The notes under the pieces are model-generated. The model was given only the letters and a program-made list of their open reading frames with translations. It did not search any database and was not told the DNA's origin. The position numbers and the translations under genes are program-made. This document shows positions 38,125 through 49,807 of a DNA stretch of 64,000 bases, piece by piece. The stretch lies in NCBI GenBank assembly GCA_010909165.1, contig MU008157.1, forward strand, positions 62,001 through 126,000, given 5' to 3'. Origin of the DNA: Anthoceros angustus (lineage: Eukaryota; Plantae; Anthocerotophyta). Each line of letters begins with the position of its first letter. Positions within the stretch are counted from its first letter, which is position 1.

Positions 38125-40491
38125 ATGTCCGGAGACAGTGCCGTCCCTATAGATGATGCGTTGGCTTTCGCACTCAATTTAGATGGCATCAGTTTCACCA
38201 AGTGCTCACATGATTTGGATAAAGCAGGCCTGATTGCGTGCCACAATGCAGCTGCGGAGGAGGCCAAGAAACTTATGCGACGTAGCAGAACACCGCAGTT
38301 CAGCTGTCGTTTGCTAGGCCCTGAGAGGCAAACCGCTCCACTCTCAAGTTTAACGCCGATGTTTTTGTGGGAGTCGTCGGAGGGCATGTTTCGTTTGGCT
38401 TCTACAGACTTAGATCGGGTGTTGTACAACGGGCGGGTCTTGTATGGCAGGTTGTGTGCCAAGCCATTTATGACAGCAGGAGTTCACACAGTTTTGGAAG
38501 ACATAAGTGGAAGTGGAGTCTTACTGGTTATTGACAACGCTGTGTGCACAACTGCAAGCCAGAAAGATGTCTGGAACAAGTACCCGGACGGTATGGAGGT
38601 GGCGATTAAAGAACCGTTGTTCACACAGCTGTGGAATGATGGGACTATTGGCTTGAAGGTTACCAATCCAGCAGATATTGTGCCATTGCAGGACAGGTTC
38701 TTATGTCTTCGAGCTATGGAGTATGTACAATGTGGATGGAATGAACTTATGAAGCACAGCGCAGAGGCTCTTGTTGCTCGAGGACACACTCACTTCGATC
38801 AACGAGAGTGGAGCAGGGCAGCTATTTGCTGCACAATTAGTGCCAAAGTCCTGGAGAGTTATAAACAGAGATTACAGGCGGATGTGAATGCCACGACCGG
38901 GATCTCGACCGCTGCACGCGCGATGGCAATCAACGACGTTAACCTTACCAAAATCTACGGAAAGATCAGTGACGCTTATTTGCGCTTGGGACGCTACAAG
39001 AAAGCTTTGGACAATGCTGAAATGTCATTGCAGCTCAGCCCTAACCATGTGGACAGCTTGCTCCGGAGGGCTAGATCTTTGAAGGGGATGCACCGATACG
39101 ACGACGCAATTGGCTGTCTTCAGGTGGTGCAGGCGAGTTCCGTCAGACCGCACTTCGAATCGATAGCACAAGCAGCTGCTCAACAGGGCCGTCGGGGCAT
39201 CTACCAGTTGCAATTGGTAGACCTTATAGAGGGAATCAACGATGCTTCAGAGTTTGAAACGTACGTTGGACCGATCGAGATTCGCATTGCCAGCGAAAAT
39301 GGTAGAAGAGGGATGTTTGCAACTAGAGATGTGAGGCCCGGAGAGCTGCTGCTTGTGAGCAAGCCCCTTGCTCGAGGAACTGCACGCGCGACAGGGCCGA
39401 GATTGGAGTTTTTTTGTCACTCACAAGATCCGAATCCTGGACCACAAGAAATCCTCTGCCAGCTGAGTGAAGAGAAGTACAATGCCACAGTGCAAATGAT
39501 AGCGAAGGCACAAGACTCTCCACAATATGCTACGCAAGTGAAAAGTCTGCAGCATGGCTTCGTGGCCAAACAAGATTTGCCTCCAATGTCTTTGTTCACT
39601 GAAGACTGGGATGATGATAAGTATGGAGATGTAAGTTCCCCAGAGAACCAAGAACTTCATGTGATGAGCTTAGACACAGCTGGTATCCGTGCCGCTCTAC
39701 TGACCAATGCGTTTGTTGAGAAGAGAGACAGCGCTCCAGCATATCTATATGGATTGCCCTCTTTCTTCAACCATTCATGTGCTCCCAACTGCTTCCAATA
39801 CTCACTCGGGGACCTTCAGTTCATGAGCTCGTCCCGTTCAGTATCAGCTGGAGAGATGCTTGCTATTAGCTACTTTCCTCCTGTTACCAACTTCAACTTC
39901 CGCAAGCAAGCGAGTATGAAACACCTCGGCCAGAAGTGCGACTGTGTGAGGTGTACGTTAGAAGACCAGGCAATTACGGAGATTCCGGCGTTGGGAGCTC
40001 TGGTGACAAGATATTGTACAGACTTCGCAGTCGCTACTTTCACCTTACAAGATATACGAGCTCCACAATACAAAGACAAGTGTTTCCAAGTGAAACAAGA
40101 GCTGGAGACAATCCTCAAGGGCGAAGAATGTAGATTGTTCACGGAGGAGCAAAAGGACTGGATTCGGTCCTCCTTTGCCCAGGTTTATGTGCTGCCACTG
40201 CTGGGGTATCCAAGGTTGTTCGATAAGGACTGGCTGGATGAAGTTGTTCGAATTCTAAGTTCAGTTATTCCCGGGAGTACAAGTTTACTTGGGATTTTGG
40301 CCATTTTGCACGCCTTCCTCGTCCGGGTTGATCCAGAAGACCACATAAGAGAACATTTCCTGCAAGCCTGTGAGAACCTCTATTTGCCGGTGGAGAAAAG
40401 CTTTGACAATTTAATCCATTGGGCTCATCAACGTCAATACAGTGCTCTGTTCTTGCGGGACCTAGTTACTTCATTTAATTTGTCTGATTGA
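38125..40491 (+). CDS. Intronless TPR plus SET-domain protein (paralog A), catalytic motifs intact
   Basis: Long ORF with TPR (AYLRLGRYKKALDNAEMSLQLSPNHVDSLLRRA), SET (GRRGMFATRDVRPGELLL, FFNHSCAPNC, AGEMLAISY) and post-SET CDCVRC. First ATG is at 38125. Confidence 0.9.
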   Translation: MSGDSAVPIDDALAFALNLDGISFTKCSHDLDKAGLIACHNAAAEEAKKLMRRSRTPQFSCRLLGPERQTAPLSSLTPMFLWESSEGMFRLASTDLDRVLYNGRVLYGRLCAKPFMTAGVHTVLEDISGSGVLLVIDNAVCTTASQKDVWNKYPDGMEVAIKEPLFTQLWNDGTIGLKVTNPADIVPLQDRFLCLRAMEYVQCGWNELMKHSAEALVARGHTHFDQREWSRAAICCTISAKVLESYKQRLQADVNATTGISTAARAMAINDVNLTKIYGKISDAYLRLGRYKKALDNAEMSLQLSPNHVDSLLRRARSLKGMHRYDDAIGCLQVVQASSVRPHFESIAQAAAQQGRRGIYQLQLVDLIEGINDASEFETYVGPIEIRIASENGRRGMFATRDVRPGELLLVSKPLARGTARATGPRLEFFCHSQDPNPGPQEILCQLSEEKYNATVQMIAKAQDSPQYATQVKSLQHGFVAKQDLPPMSLFTEDWDDDKYGDVSSPENQELHVMSLDTAGIRAALLTNAFVEKRDSAPAYLYGLPSFFNHSCAPNCFQYSLGDLQFMSSSRSVSAGEMLAISYFPPVTNFNFRKQASMKHLGQKCDCVRCTLEDQAITEIPALGALVTRYCTDFAVATFTLQDIRAPQYKDKCFQVKQELETILKGEECRLFTEEQKDWIRSSFAQVYVLPLLGYPRLFDKDWLDEVVRILSSVIPGSTSLLGILAILHAFLVRVDPEDHIREHFLQACENLYLPVEKSFDNLIHWAHQRQYSALFLRDLVTSFNLSD

Positions 40492-40739
40492 GATTTATGG
40501 TATATTTTGTTCGAAATATATATAGATAATAAATATAATTTGTTAGTATAAAATAGAATGATATATATATTAATTTTACAGATATAGAGAGACTATAGTT
40601 TAAATTTTATCTATAGTATGATTTTATTTAAAACATCATGATGTCATAAAGAATTTTATTTTTTAATATATATATAAATAAATGCAAAAAAAAAATTGTT
40701 CAAGGGGTGACTCTATTGGAACTCTATAGTAAAGCATCC

Positions 40740-42086
40740 CTTAGACGGATCAGCGCTTAAATTGGATGCCACCCACCCTCAGCTTCATGGTCCTACGGGG
40801 CCATCTATTTTAATAAACATCCTGCCGCTCGTTTCCGCAATGTGCAAGCCATCTTGCCCTTATACGACTCTGCAGTTTGTGGAGCCATTCTGCCCTCGGC
40901 TCCGCAGTGTGCGGGGCCGTCTTGCCCTCATCTATGCAGTATGCCGGGCCATCTTGCCCTCGCCTCTGCAGTGTGCGAGGCCGCTTGTTCCGTCTACATA
41001 GTGAGAACATCATGCCTTCGTCCCCACACACTGCGTCTACATAGTGAGAACATCATGCCTTCGTCCCCACACACTGCATCTACATAGTGTAAACATCATG
41101 CCTTCGTCCCCACACACTGCGTCTACATAGTGTAAACATCATGCCTTCTTCCCCACACACTGCGTCTACATAGTGAGAACGTCTCCGAGTGTGTGGGGCC
41201 ATCCTGCCTTCATCTCCGGAGTGTGTGAGGCCACCAGTTGCGTCTACATAGTGTGAACATCACGTCTACATAGTGTGAACATCACGTCTACATAGTGTGA
41301 ACATCACGCCTTCGTCTCCGTAGCGTGTAGGGCAATCCTGCCCTCATCTTCACATTGTACGGGGCATCCTGCCCTCATCTTTGCAATGTGAACATCATGC
41401 CTCCCGTGTAGTGTGGGGGTCCGCCAGTTGTTAGTGCCTTACATCATACGGGTAAGTGCTTGCATGGGGTGCAACCAATCCCCAGCTTCATGGTCCTACA
41501 GGGCAACCTATTATATAAACATCTTGCCCTCGTCTCCACATTGTGCGAGGCTACCAATTGTTAGTGCCTTACGTCGGACAGATCAGTGCTTGGTTGGGGT
41601 GCCATCCATCACCAGCTTCATGTTCCTATAGGGCTACCTATAATAAACATCATGCCTACGTGGGATAGATCACTACTTGGATGGGGTGCCATCCATCCCC
41701 AACTTCATGGTCCTATGAAGCCACCTATTCCTAGCTTCATGGTCCTACGGAGCCACTTATTTACCACCCATCCCCAGCTTCATGGTCCTACGTTTCCACC
41801 TATTATAAACATCATGCCTTCATCTCCGCTGTGTACGGGGCTGCCAATTGTTAGTGCTTTATTCTAATATAAACATCTTGCCCTTGTCTCCGCAGTGTGC
41901 GCGGGGCCGCTAGTTGTTAGTGCCTTACCCTATGATAAACATCCTGCCCTCATGTGAGAGGCTGCCAATTGTTAGTGCCTTCCGTGGAACAAATCAGTGC
42001 TTTGATGGGGTGTCACCCGTCACCATGTGAGAGGCTGCCAATTGTTAGTGCCTTAGTGGAGATCGATTGCTTTGATGGGGTGTCAC
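40740..42086. repeat. Minisatellite or complex repeat array (left part)
   Basis: 43-bp unit cgtctacatagtgagaacatcatgccttcgtccccacacactg in about 4.5 copies (40991-41180), a 22-bp unit x3, and recurring ccagcttcatggtccta, ataaacatcatgcc and ccaattgttagtgcctt. Confidence 0.9.
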
Positions 42087-42449
42087 AAGTCTGCGTAATA
42101 TGATTAGATTGAAATGGTCTTTGGGCAAAAGCGATAAACTTTCCCATCATCATATCCAAAAAGCATGTCCCGAAAACCATATGCGTTATTGCGGGTTTTG
42201 AAGAAATTTGGCATCCACTTTTCGACAGGACCGAAAAGAACGTGGCCAAAAAATTATTGTCTTTGAATTCATTCCTCCAAAACTTGAGAAAAAGTGTGGG
42301 GACCGGGCTGTGGATGCGTTTGAACATTTGTCGACAGCCGGTCTTATCATGTGTTGTCCTAAAAAATAAGGTCCATCGAATAGAGACACGGTTTTGGCGA
42401 TTTGGAACATAATCGCAAATTACATGTTGTACCGTCATTTTGTGTGCCC

Positions 42450-45400
42450 ATACTCTGCACTTGGTTAAGCCGTTTATGTCCATGGTGGAACACACAACCT
42501 ATCCACTGAGAAGTCGCGGTCGGCGCATACCTTCCCCACAGTCCAGCACTAGTAGGAGTCCATGGTCAATTGAAAACCTAACTAATCAACTCCATGAACC
42601 ATGTTCATCAAGTGTTTCAATGTCCTCGCCGATGCAACATCTTACATAGCCATTATCCATGACGTCCCTTCCTTCCATATGTTCCGGAGCTTCCTCCACA
42701 CAGCGCAAAACGTATATGTTTTTCCGTATTATGGTTCGGTCCTTGCATTTAGTTGCTTGTTTTGTTAGAAAACCCGTATGCCAAGATGAATGTGTCGAAG
42801 AAGCAATTTGTCGACGTGTTTCCGCAACCTCATGCTCCGTCGTTGAGAGCGACCCCCATTGCCCGCGTTGGTGGTCGATCGTAAAATCATCTCCTCTAGG
42901 TACCGCCTTCAAATGCGTCGTGCATTTAGTCACCCACCAATGGACTTTAATGAATGGGCGTCACATTGGAAGTCCACCTGTAGGACTTTTGCGAGCCAGA
43001 ACGGTCGATTGTCAGCATTTGTCTCACAAGGCACCGCAATCATGTGACCTGTTTGTATCTCCAACACATCGCCGTTCAAGCTTTTTTGTCGGTATGCTCC
43101 AACATACATGTCCCGCCAGGGCACTTGACGAACGATTGGATGCTGTAAAATCTCAGCCTTTGGTACAACCAAAGGGCGATGCAACTCTTCATTATGTGTT
43201 CTATCGTACCATTGCCAAGGGGTCTTCAATTCCTCAGCATGCTCACATGCTATCTTGTCCACGATGGCTGATTGCTCAGCCCAGAATTCCTCCCACCAAA
43301 TATCCTCACCGCGCCCAAATGGGTCCTGAGTTTTTCCTCTAGTTTCCCACGCATTGCTGCAAGACTTCTTTCGGGATCTCTCCCCTCTGCAACCGCTTTT
43401 TTACTTCGGACCTCCAAATGAACCAAACGAGCAGCTTGAATAGGAGTAGATGGGACATTATTCAAAAACTCCAAACCCTCGTCCGGTGACCAGTATTCAT
43501 CAGTGGAATATTGTTTACCCCTCATCACAGTAACAAGTCCGCGCTCACCTCGCGTTTCTCGGGTTATTTTGAACTGATGCTGAAAAGATATATTGTGCAA
43601 CTGTTTCACTGCAGCAACCTGTTTATAGCCAGCCTTACCATAAGGTATTGGCCACACAAACTTTCGGAAGTCTGGAACTTCTTTCACCTCCATAATTTTT
43701 GGTTTGGGCGTATATGCATTCTCCAAAATACCGGTCAGTTTGGGCAGCGTGAAAGCTTCCTTCCGTGCAAGCACTTGAAAACCTCGAAAACATCGTCAAC
43801 TGGTCATGAGTGTGCCCAACCGGAGGAATCCTACTTTTACCTTCTCAAAACCTTAAGCTCTACCAACATATTCGTAAGCGAATAGCGTGCATTCTTATTC
43901 TCCCGTGCGGTATTGTCGAGTTGAAGATAAAGAACCTTTGGTAGTAGTCCTCGTAATTTGAAATGACATCGGATATTGGCTATAGTCGAGTTTGCATCGT
44001 TCGGATGTTCCGTATGCCATGAAGAGTTCCGCCGACATGGTGTAGTTATAAATCATGCACCCCACAACATGGACGTCGATCAAACCTACATCAGCGGTCC
44101 TTGGGTAACGCGTGAAATGTGGAAGCTGTCTTCGTTGGTCCATCCGTCGATGGATATCCCGATATACTTTGCCGGGTCTCCATAACATTTCACGCGGTGC
44201 TTGATGCATTTTCTCTCTCGGACTTGATGCTGCGCCTCGGATCGACTTCAAATGCTTCGCAAAATAATCACCCAAACAACGTTGAGGAATAAACCGCCTG
44301 GAAGGAATAGCAACGAATACCGAGCGACCACGACTTCACAAACTCGCCTCGGCCGGCGTAGTGACAGGCCGTGGCCGACCGGCGACTATCGCCGAGGGCG
44401 CGCGACCGACGCGCTGGCCGACCGCGCACCATCCCCCACCGCATTGCCAAAACACAATTTCACATCAAGCCTCACCTTGTTTTTCTCTGTTTTTCTCGCT
44501 CTTTATATTTCGTTTGAGGTAATCGCAGTTGTGCACAAGGCAAACCGATTGCTCTTGAATTTTCACCTTGTGGAAGTCGTAGCCCAAAGTGACAAAAGTA
44601 GGAATGAGAAACATCATCTTGTGTTGCATATGTTGCTTGTATTCTTGAAACACCTCGCCTTTTGAGTAAGAGTCGGAAGGTGATACACTTCAATGTTTGG
44701 CATTCTCTCGGCAATAAGCATAAGCAGTTGGTTCATCCACGCGAGGCATTGCGACATCTTGATTCATTCGTACCGAGAAGGCGGACCACGCAATGTTTCC
44801 GCAACCTCATGCTCCGTCGTTGAGAGCGACCCCACGATCGCGTTGGTGGTCGATCGTAAAATCATCTCCTCTAGGTACCGCCTTCAAATGCGTCGGTGCA
44901 TTTAGTCACCCACCAATGGACTTTAATGAATGGGCGTCACATTGGAAGTCCACCAGAGAACTTTTGCGAGCCGTAATGGTCGATTGTCGACATCTGTCTC
45001 ACAAGGCACCGCAATCATGTGACTGTTTGTATCTCCAACACATCGCTGCTCAAGCTTTCTTGTTCCCGCCGCGCATCATCCGCAGACGCTCCAACATACA
45101 TGTCCCGGCACTTGCCGAACGATTGATGCTGTAAAATCTCACTGTACAACCAGCGATGCAACTCTTCATTATGTGTTCTATCGCACTACTGCCAAGGGGT
45201 CTTCAATTCCTCAGCATGCTCACATGCTATCTTGTCCACGATGGCTGATTGCTCAGCCCAGAATTCCTCCCACCAAATATCCTCACCTGCGCCCAAATGG
45301 GTCCTGAGTTTTTCCTCTAGTTTCCCACGCATTGCTGCAAGACTTCTTTCGGGATCTCTCCCCTCTGCAACCGCTTTTTTACTTCGGACCTCCAAATGAA

Positions 45401-46554
45401 CCAAACGAGCAGCTTGAATAGGAGTAGATGGGACATTATTCAAAAACTCCAAACCCTCGTCCGGTGACCAGATTCATCTGGAATATTGTTTGCCCCTCAT
45501 CACGAATAAGTCCGGCTCACCTCGCTTTCGCTTCTTTCTAGACTCCCGATACAATAAACGCGTCTGAAGGCCTCTCTACAACAATACACTTTTCCTCGTC
45601 CGACAAGAAACGAGTCTACCCTAACCCTTCCATCGCTCTCATAATCGACATCAAAAAGGGATTGTAGGTGCATCTCCTGCTCCTGCCTGCACATTCTAAG
45701 GAACCGATACCTCAAATCTCGAAAGGTTGCCTTCCCTATTGTCCTCAAGCATTGTCTACCACAACAGGTTTTGCGAAAATCACGGGTAATACGAACCTCT
45801 TCACATTTCATCTCAGGCACTTTAGATTGCCGTCTACCAGGGCGTCTACGTGGTGGTCTGCCATGCTCGATAAATGATTCGGACCCGGGCTTCAAATTGT
45901 ATGTACGCCTTTCTGGAGGTGGATGTTCAAATGCACCGCTATCCGAGTCCTCTTCCTCCACATCAGTTCCACCGAGCGTCGGGGCCACGGTGGAAGCAGT
46001 ATCTTCTAGATACAACCGGTCTGCAAACCGAGTTGGCATTCACCCCAACGGAAGCGGCCATATCCGAATTCGGCGTGTCGTCCCGGCGTGGAGCACTTCC
46101 CAGAGGAGTAGTCTTGCGGATGGCCGGGATGTACGGCGAGGCCTGTCCTGGCGGAGAAGGACTTCCGTGAATGGAATCCAACATACTGAAATGGGCAGGT
46201 GTCTTTGGAATGGATGCAGTTATCGCGTGCGGAAGTGGTGGAGGCCGTGCACCTGCAGTACGAATAACACACATCTGGAATCATGTTCACAAGAGCCTTT
46301 GGAATGCAATCGATTTCCGGCACGAGTTTGCACGACGTACCTTCATCTAGTTCTCCCTCTTCAACTTGAATACCTTGACTGCCGATAGGCATTTCAAGTA
46401 GGAACCGCGTTGATGCCTCGACCGAGTGTTGCATATCGGGAGGAATCTCGCTCGCCCGACCGATAGCATCCAAGTCCTTTGACTTCAAGAACTCCTTCCA
46501 CCGCTTCAACATCGGCAAATTTTCAAGAGCTACTGCATGCGAGGAAGAACGCAC
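42450..46554 (-). pseudogene. DDD-type transposase (Sola1-like), frameshifted and interrupted by an internal duplication
   Basis: TCCGRQC...YCCREAFRRVYCIGS, YHLP, ISIDG(M)DQ..LPHF (~44120-44160), VLYLQLDNTARENKN (~43890-43935), GFL.VGHTHD..D.FS (~43785-43830). Confidence 0.8.
44794..45528. repeat. ~735-bp direct duplicate of 42817-43558 (transposase C-terminal region)
   Basis: Both copies encode EFLNNVPSTPIQAARLVHLEVRSKKAVAEGRDPERSLAAMRGKLEEKLRTHLGA. Confidence 0.93.
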
Positions 46555-48439
46555 TTTGAATCAAGATCAAAGTCACACCCACAATTATAGACATGTGACA
46601 TAAGGTGGTACCGTGTGGTGTTGGATGATTTATAATTGCGGTTGCATGATGGTGATATGTGATTCTGGATGGACCTTGAATGAGAGTGCAGCCACGTCTT
46701 AGAAAATGATGGCATAAGATGAGGTGGATGCATCGAATTTGTGATGGGCCTATTTTAGGCATTTGAGGTTAAATGAATGATGACCGTGTTCGTGACCCGT
46801 TGCTACAACTTGAGCCGTTTAGCGTAACTAGCGGTGTTAAGGCTTTATCGTAATCCGTTGATGCGGTTCAAACATCCATATTTCATTTCCACGAGCTCGA
46901 GCCTCTCCTTTTCATCAAGAGTTCGAGAGTCCGGATCAATTCTCTTACTTCCTCCCGCCAACTTCCCGCATGAGGTTTTGAAGATTGCGGATGGTGATCG
47001 CGAGGACGCCACGGAGCAATAAGCATGCAGAGATCGACCCCGCTGCGTTGGAGGCGCCCGCATCGAGCGGCGGAAAAATGCGATGGCGGTGCAAGAGCAG
47101 CAGGATCGCAAGGCGCGTCGGATGAGGGGATGCAGATCCCGCGAATGTGGTAACAGAACCCCACCGCTATTATGCAATTGAGAGAATCCTCTCATGGTAG
47201 TGTCCGGACGTCCACCTCAAAGGGTACTCAGGAGAGGATATGAAGACATTGATGGCGGTGAGGAGCACCAACCTCGGTGGAAATGCGATCATGCGATTCC
47301 TCATGCTTTTAACTTTGTGGAGCAGCTTTCGGTGAAAAAGCTCCGAGATTCTCTTCCGGCGGTACAACATGCATAAAGAGTGGAGCGTTGTTGCGAAGAA
47401 GAACCCAAGATCCAGTGCCTTGGATTCCACTCGGCCTTATGGATTAACGGTTACAATGGTATTGAGGGGATTCCTGCAAGAGTCGGATGGATTCTATGTA
47501 CAGCGATGCGGAATGGGCGAAGATATGCACATACAGTTTTTGGTCACCAAGAAACCTCATTTGCACATAAACGATGACATCAACACACATCTCCTGCTGA
47601 TAATGGATGCTGCCAAGATAATGCCTCGTCGTTGTGAGCCAGCCAGGTTGAAATCGGCCTTGCGTGATTCCAAAAGTGTTCAAGATGTAAGTCAGTTGTA
47701 TGTCAGTCATGTATCACTTCCCATTTTCAGTTAGGGTTTCGCCGCATGCTGGTATACTCATTGTTTTCCTCTTTAAAATGAACAGGTGGGAGAACAATTT
47801 TGCCGCGTTCTACTCCGCTGAAGGGTGAAGAGCAGTGTAGTGATCGACCGGTGATCGGGCAGCGAGGCGGTGCGAACGCACCGCGCTATCAGCGGGCCGG
47901 TGGGTTGTGTGCATCGAACGATGCCCGGATTATGCAACCGGAGATGGAGGAGGACGAGGTTCCGGTGGCGAGCCGAGCTCTCCGGAAGAGGAAGGCAAGA
48001 TCTCGGCCTCGTGGTCCGGCGGAGGCGAGCACGGGCGAGGCATGTCCATGGCTCGCAACATGTCCAGCCTCGGGGTCTTGAATCGAGGCTTTTGAGGAGG
48101 AGGTGACCCTCCTCGTCAGAAGGACCCGTGCGGGCAGCGCGCACCGAGAAGAAGAAGGGAATCCACTGTCAGTCACGGTGAAGATGAGAAGGCGAATGGT
48201 GGTAAGAATGCTCCTAACGGCCGTCGCCCTCCAATTCGAACCCATGTAAGAATTGAAGCATCTTGTTTTGATTTCCATGCGAGCACACCAATCAAGCGAA
48301 GAGGAAGGCAAGATCTCAGGTGATGGAGAAGAGGTGGGCGAGGCGGAAAAATTAAGGAAGTCGAGGAAGCATGCGAAGAGGCGTTGCGGGCGGGCGAGCC
48401 GAGCTCTCCGGAAGAGGAGGAGCTCCTTTCGCAGGAGGA

Positions 48440-49496
48440 TGACTATCTCGGAGATGGTTACTCGGGCCTACAAGAAGCGGGTGCAAACCACAACATTCGA
48501 CATTCACATATCGGTACTCGTCACCTTCATTTCTAACGGATGCTCGAGATAAGGAAGGTGGATGAGGCATGGATGAAGTGCCTTGTTCGACGGTCGAGCA
48601 GTCCTGTAAGGAAGGGACGCTCCCACTTTTGTGCATGATTGATCCAAAGACAAAGGTGCTTGAAGAAAGAAGATGCACGGAGGAGATCGAGCTCAAAGAT
48701 TACACCCTAGGGGTGCCGGGAGGGAACCATTGCTATGCCGCCATGCGGCTTGCGAAAATGTATCCGCGGAAGATAAATTTCAATGGCTTGAGGCCATGTA
48801 TATGCGAGCTTGAGAGGAAGAAATGCGGGTCTTGGCTTGATCACAATGTGTATGCAGACAAGAGGAAGAAGCTTGGTTTTATTGAACAAGTCGCTACATA
48901 CATGATGAGCTTGAGATTTGGCACCGGACACACCCGATGGAAAACCGATGCGTGGAAGTTCAATGTGTACAAGTTCTTTGGGGATCTTTGGAGGAGGCTG
49001 GAAACTCAAGGACACGATTATGTGAAGATGGTGGGCAGAAGACTCTGCGTTGAGGATTGCGAGTGCGGGGTAAATTGTGGGAGAACGTGGACACCATTTT
49101 CCGGATGTGGGAGAAGTGCGAACTCCCAGGCAGGCGGGCGAGCAGCCGATCGGGGGCGGCGGCGGCGGCGAAAGCAAACGGAAGCCACAAGACCCAACTA
49201 CACAGCGGTCCGGCCCCTCGTCCGGCTCCAATGCTCGGAAGGGCATGGAGAGCATTCAAGGAGTCCCGAAGGACGAGAAGGTGAAGAGATGTTGATAGCG
49301 TGACCCGAAGGTCATCCAAGGAAAGCTGCAGCTAAAAGATATGGATACGGATGTTGGCAGGAAGAAGATTAACCTTATCGAGCATGCCTTTCGGAAGGCT
49401 ATGAAGTGTGCGACCTTCACTGAAGTCGCCAAACAGCTTCCCAACATACCGAGGCCAAGGAATTGGCGAAGTTTCAAACGACTTTTGCGAAAGTGG
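48440..49496 (+). pseudogene. ParB/Sulfiredoxin-like domain and helical region of the transposon cargo gene
   Basis: IRKVDEAWMKCL...LLCMIDP...YTLGVPGGNHCYAA...DHNVYADKRKKLGFIEQV resembles the ParB-N GxHR..A box. Frameshifted. Confidence 0.55.
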
Positions 49497-49807
49497 TAAG
49501 TGAGTGTATTCGTTGGGGAGTCGCGGTGGCCGGCCGACCGCGACTCGCATTTGCCGCGCCGAGTCGCCGGTGGCCGGCGCCCGAGTCGCCGGTGGCCGGC
49601 GCACTCGGTCGCCGGTGGCCGGCGCACTGGTCGCCGGTGGCCGGCGCTCGACGCCGGTGGCCGGCGCCATGGCGGCCGCGCCGCCATTGCCGCTCGGTTC
49701 ATTGGTGGAGTGCGCCGGCTGACCGGCGCCACCACAAGTGCGCCGGCTGACCGGCGCACTCCACTGCTGTCAATGAGTTGTTTCTGACCACCGTCTGTTG
49801 CTTGCAG
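49497..49807 (+). repeat. Probable intron filled with CG-rich palindromic tandem repeats
   Basis: Bounded by gtaagt...ttgcag, with repeated CGCCGG-TGG-CCGGCG units. Confidence 0.7.

Noticed and set aside
22171-40491. EMF2 lying near SET-domain genes as a 'Polycomb cluster'
   Set aside because: These SET proteins are TPR-type, not E(z)-like, and unrelated housekeeping genes intervene; proximity is probably chance.
40991-41310. Regular short direct repeats resembling a CRISPR array
   Set aside because: The units are contiguous with no unique spacers, there are no cas genes, and the context is eukaryotic; this is a minisatellite.
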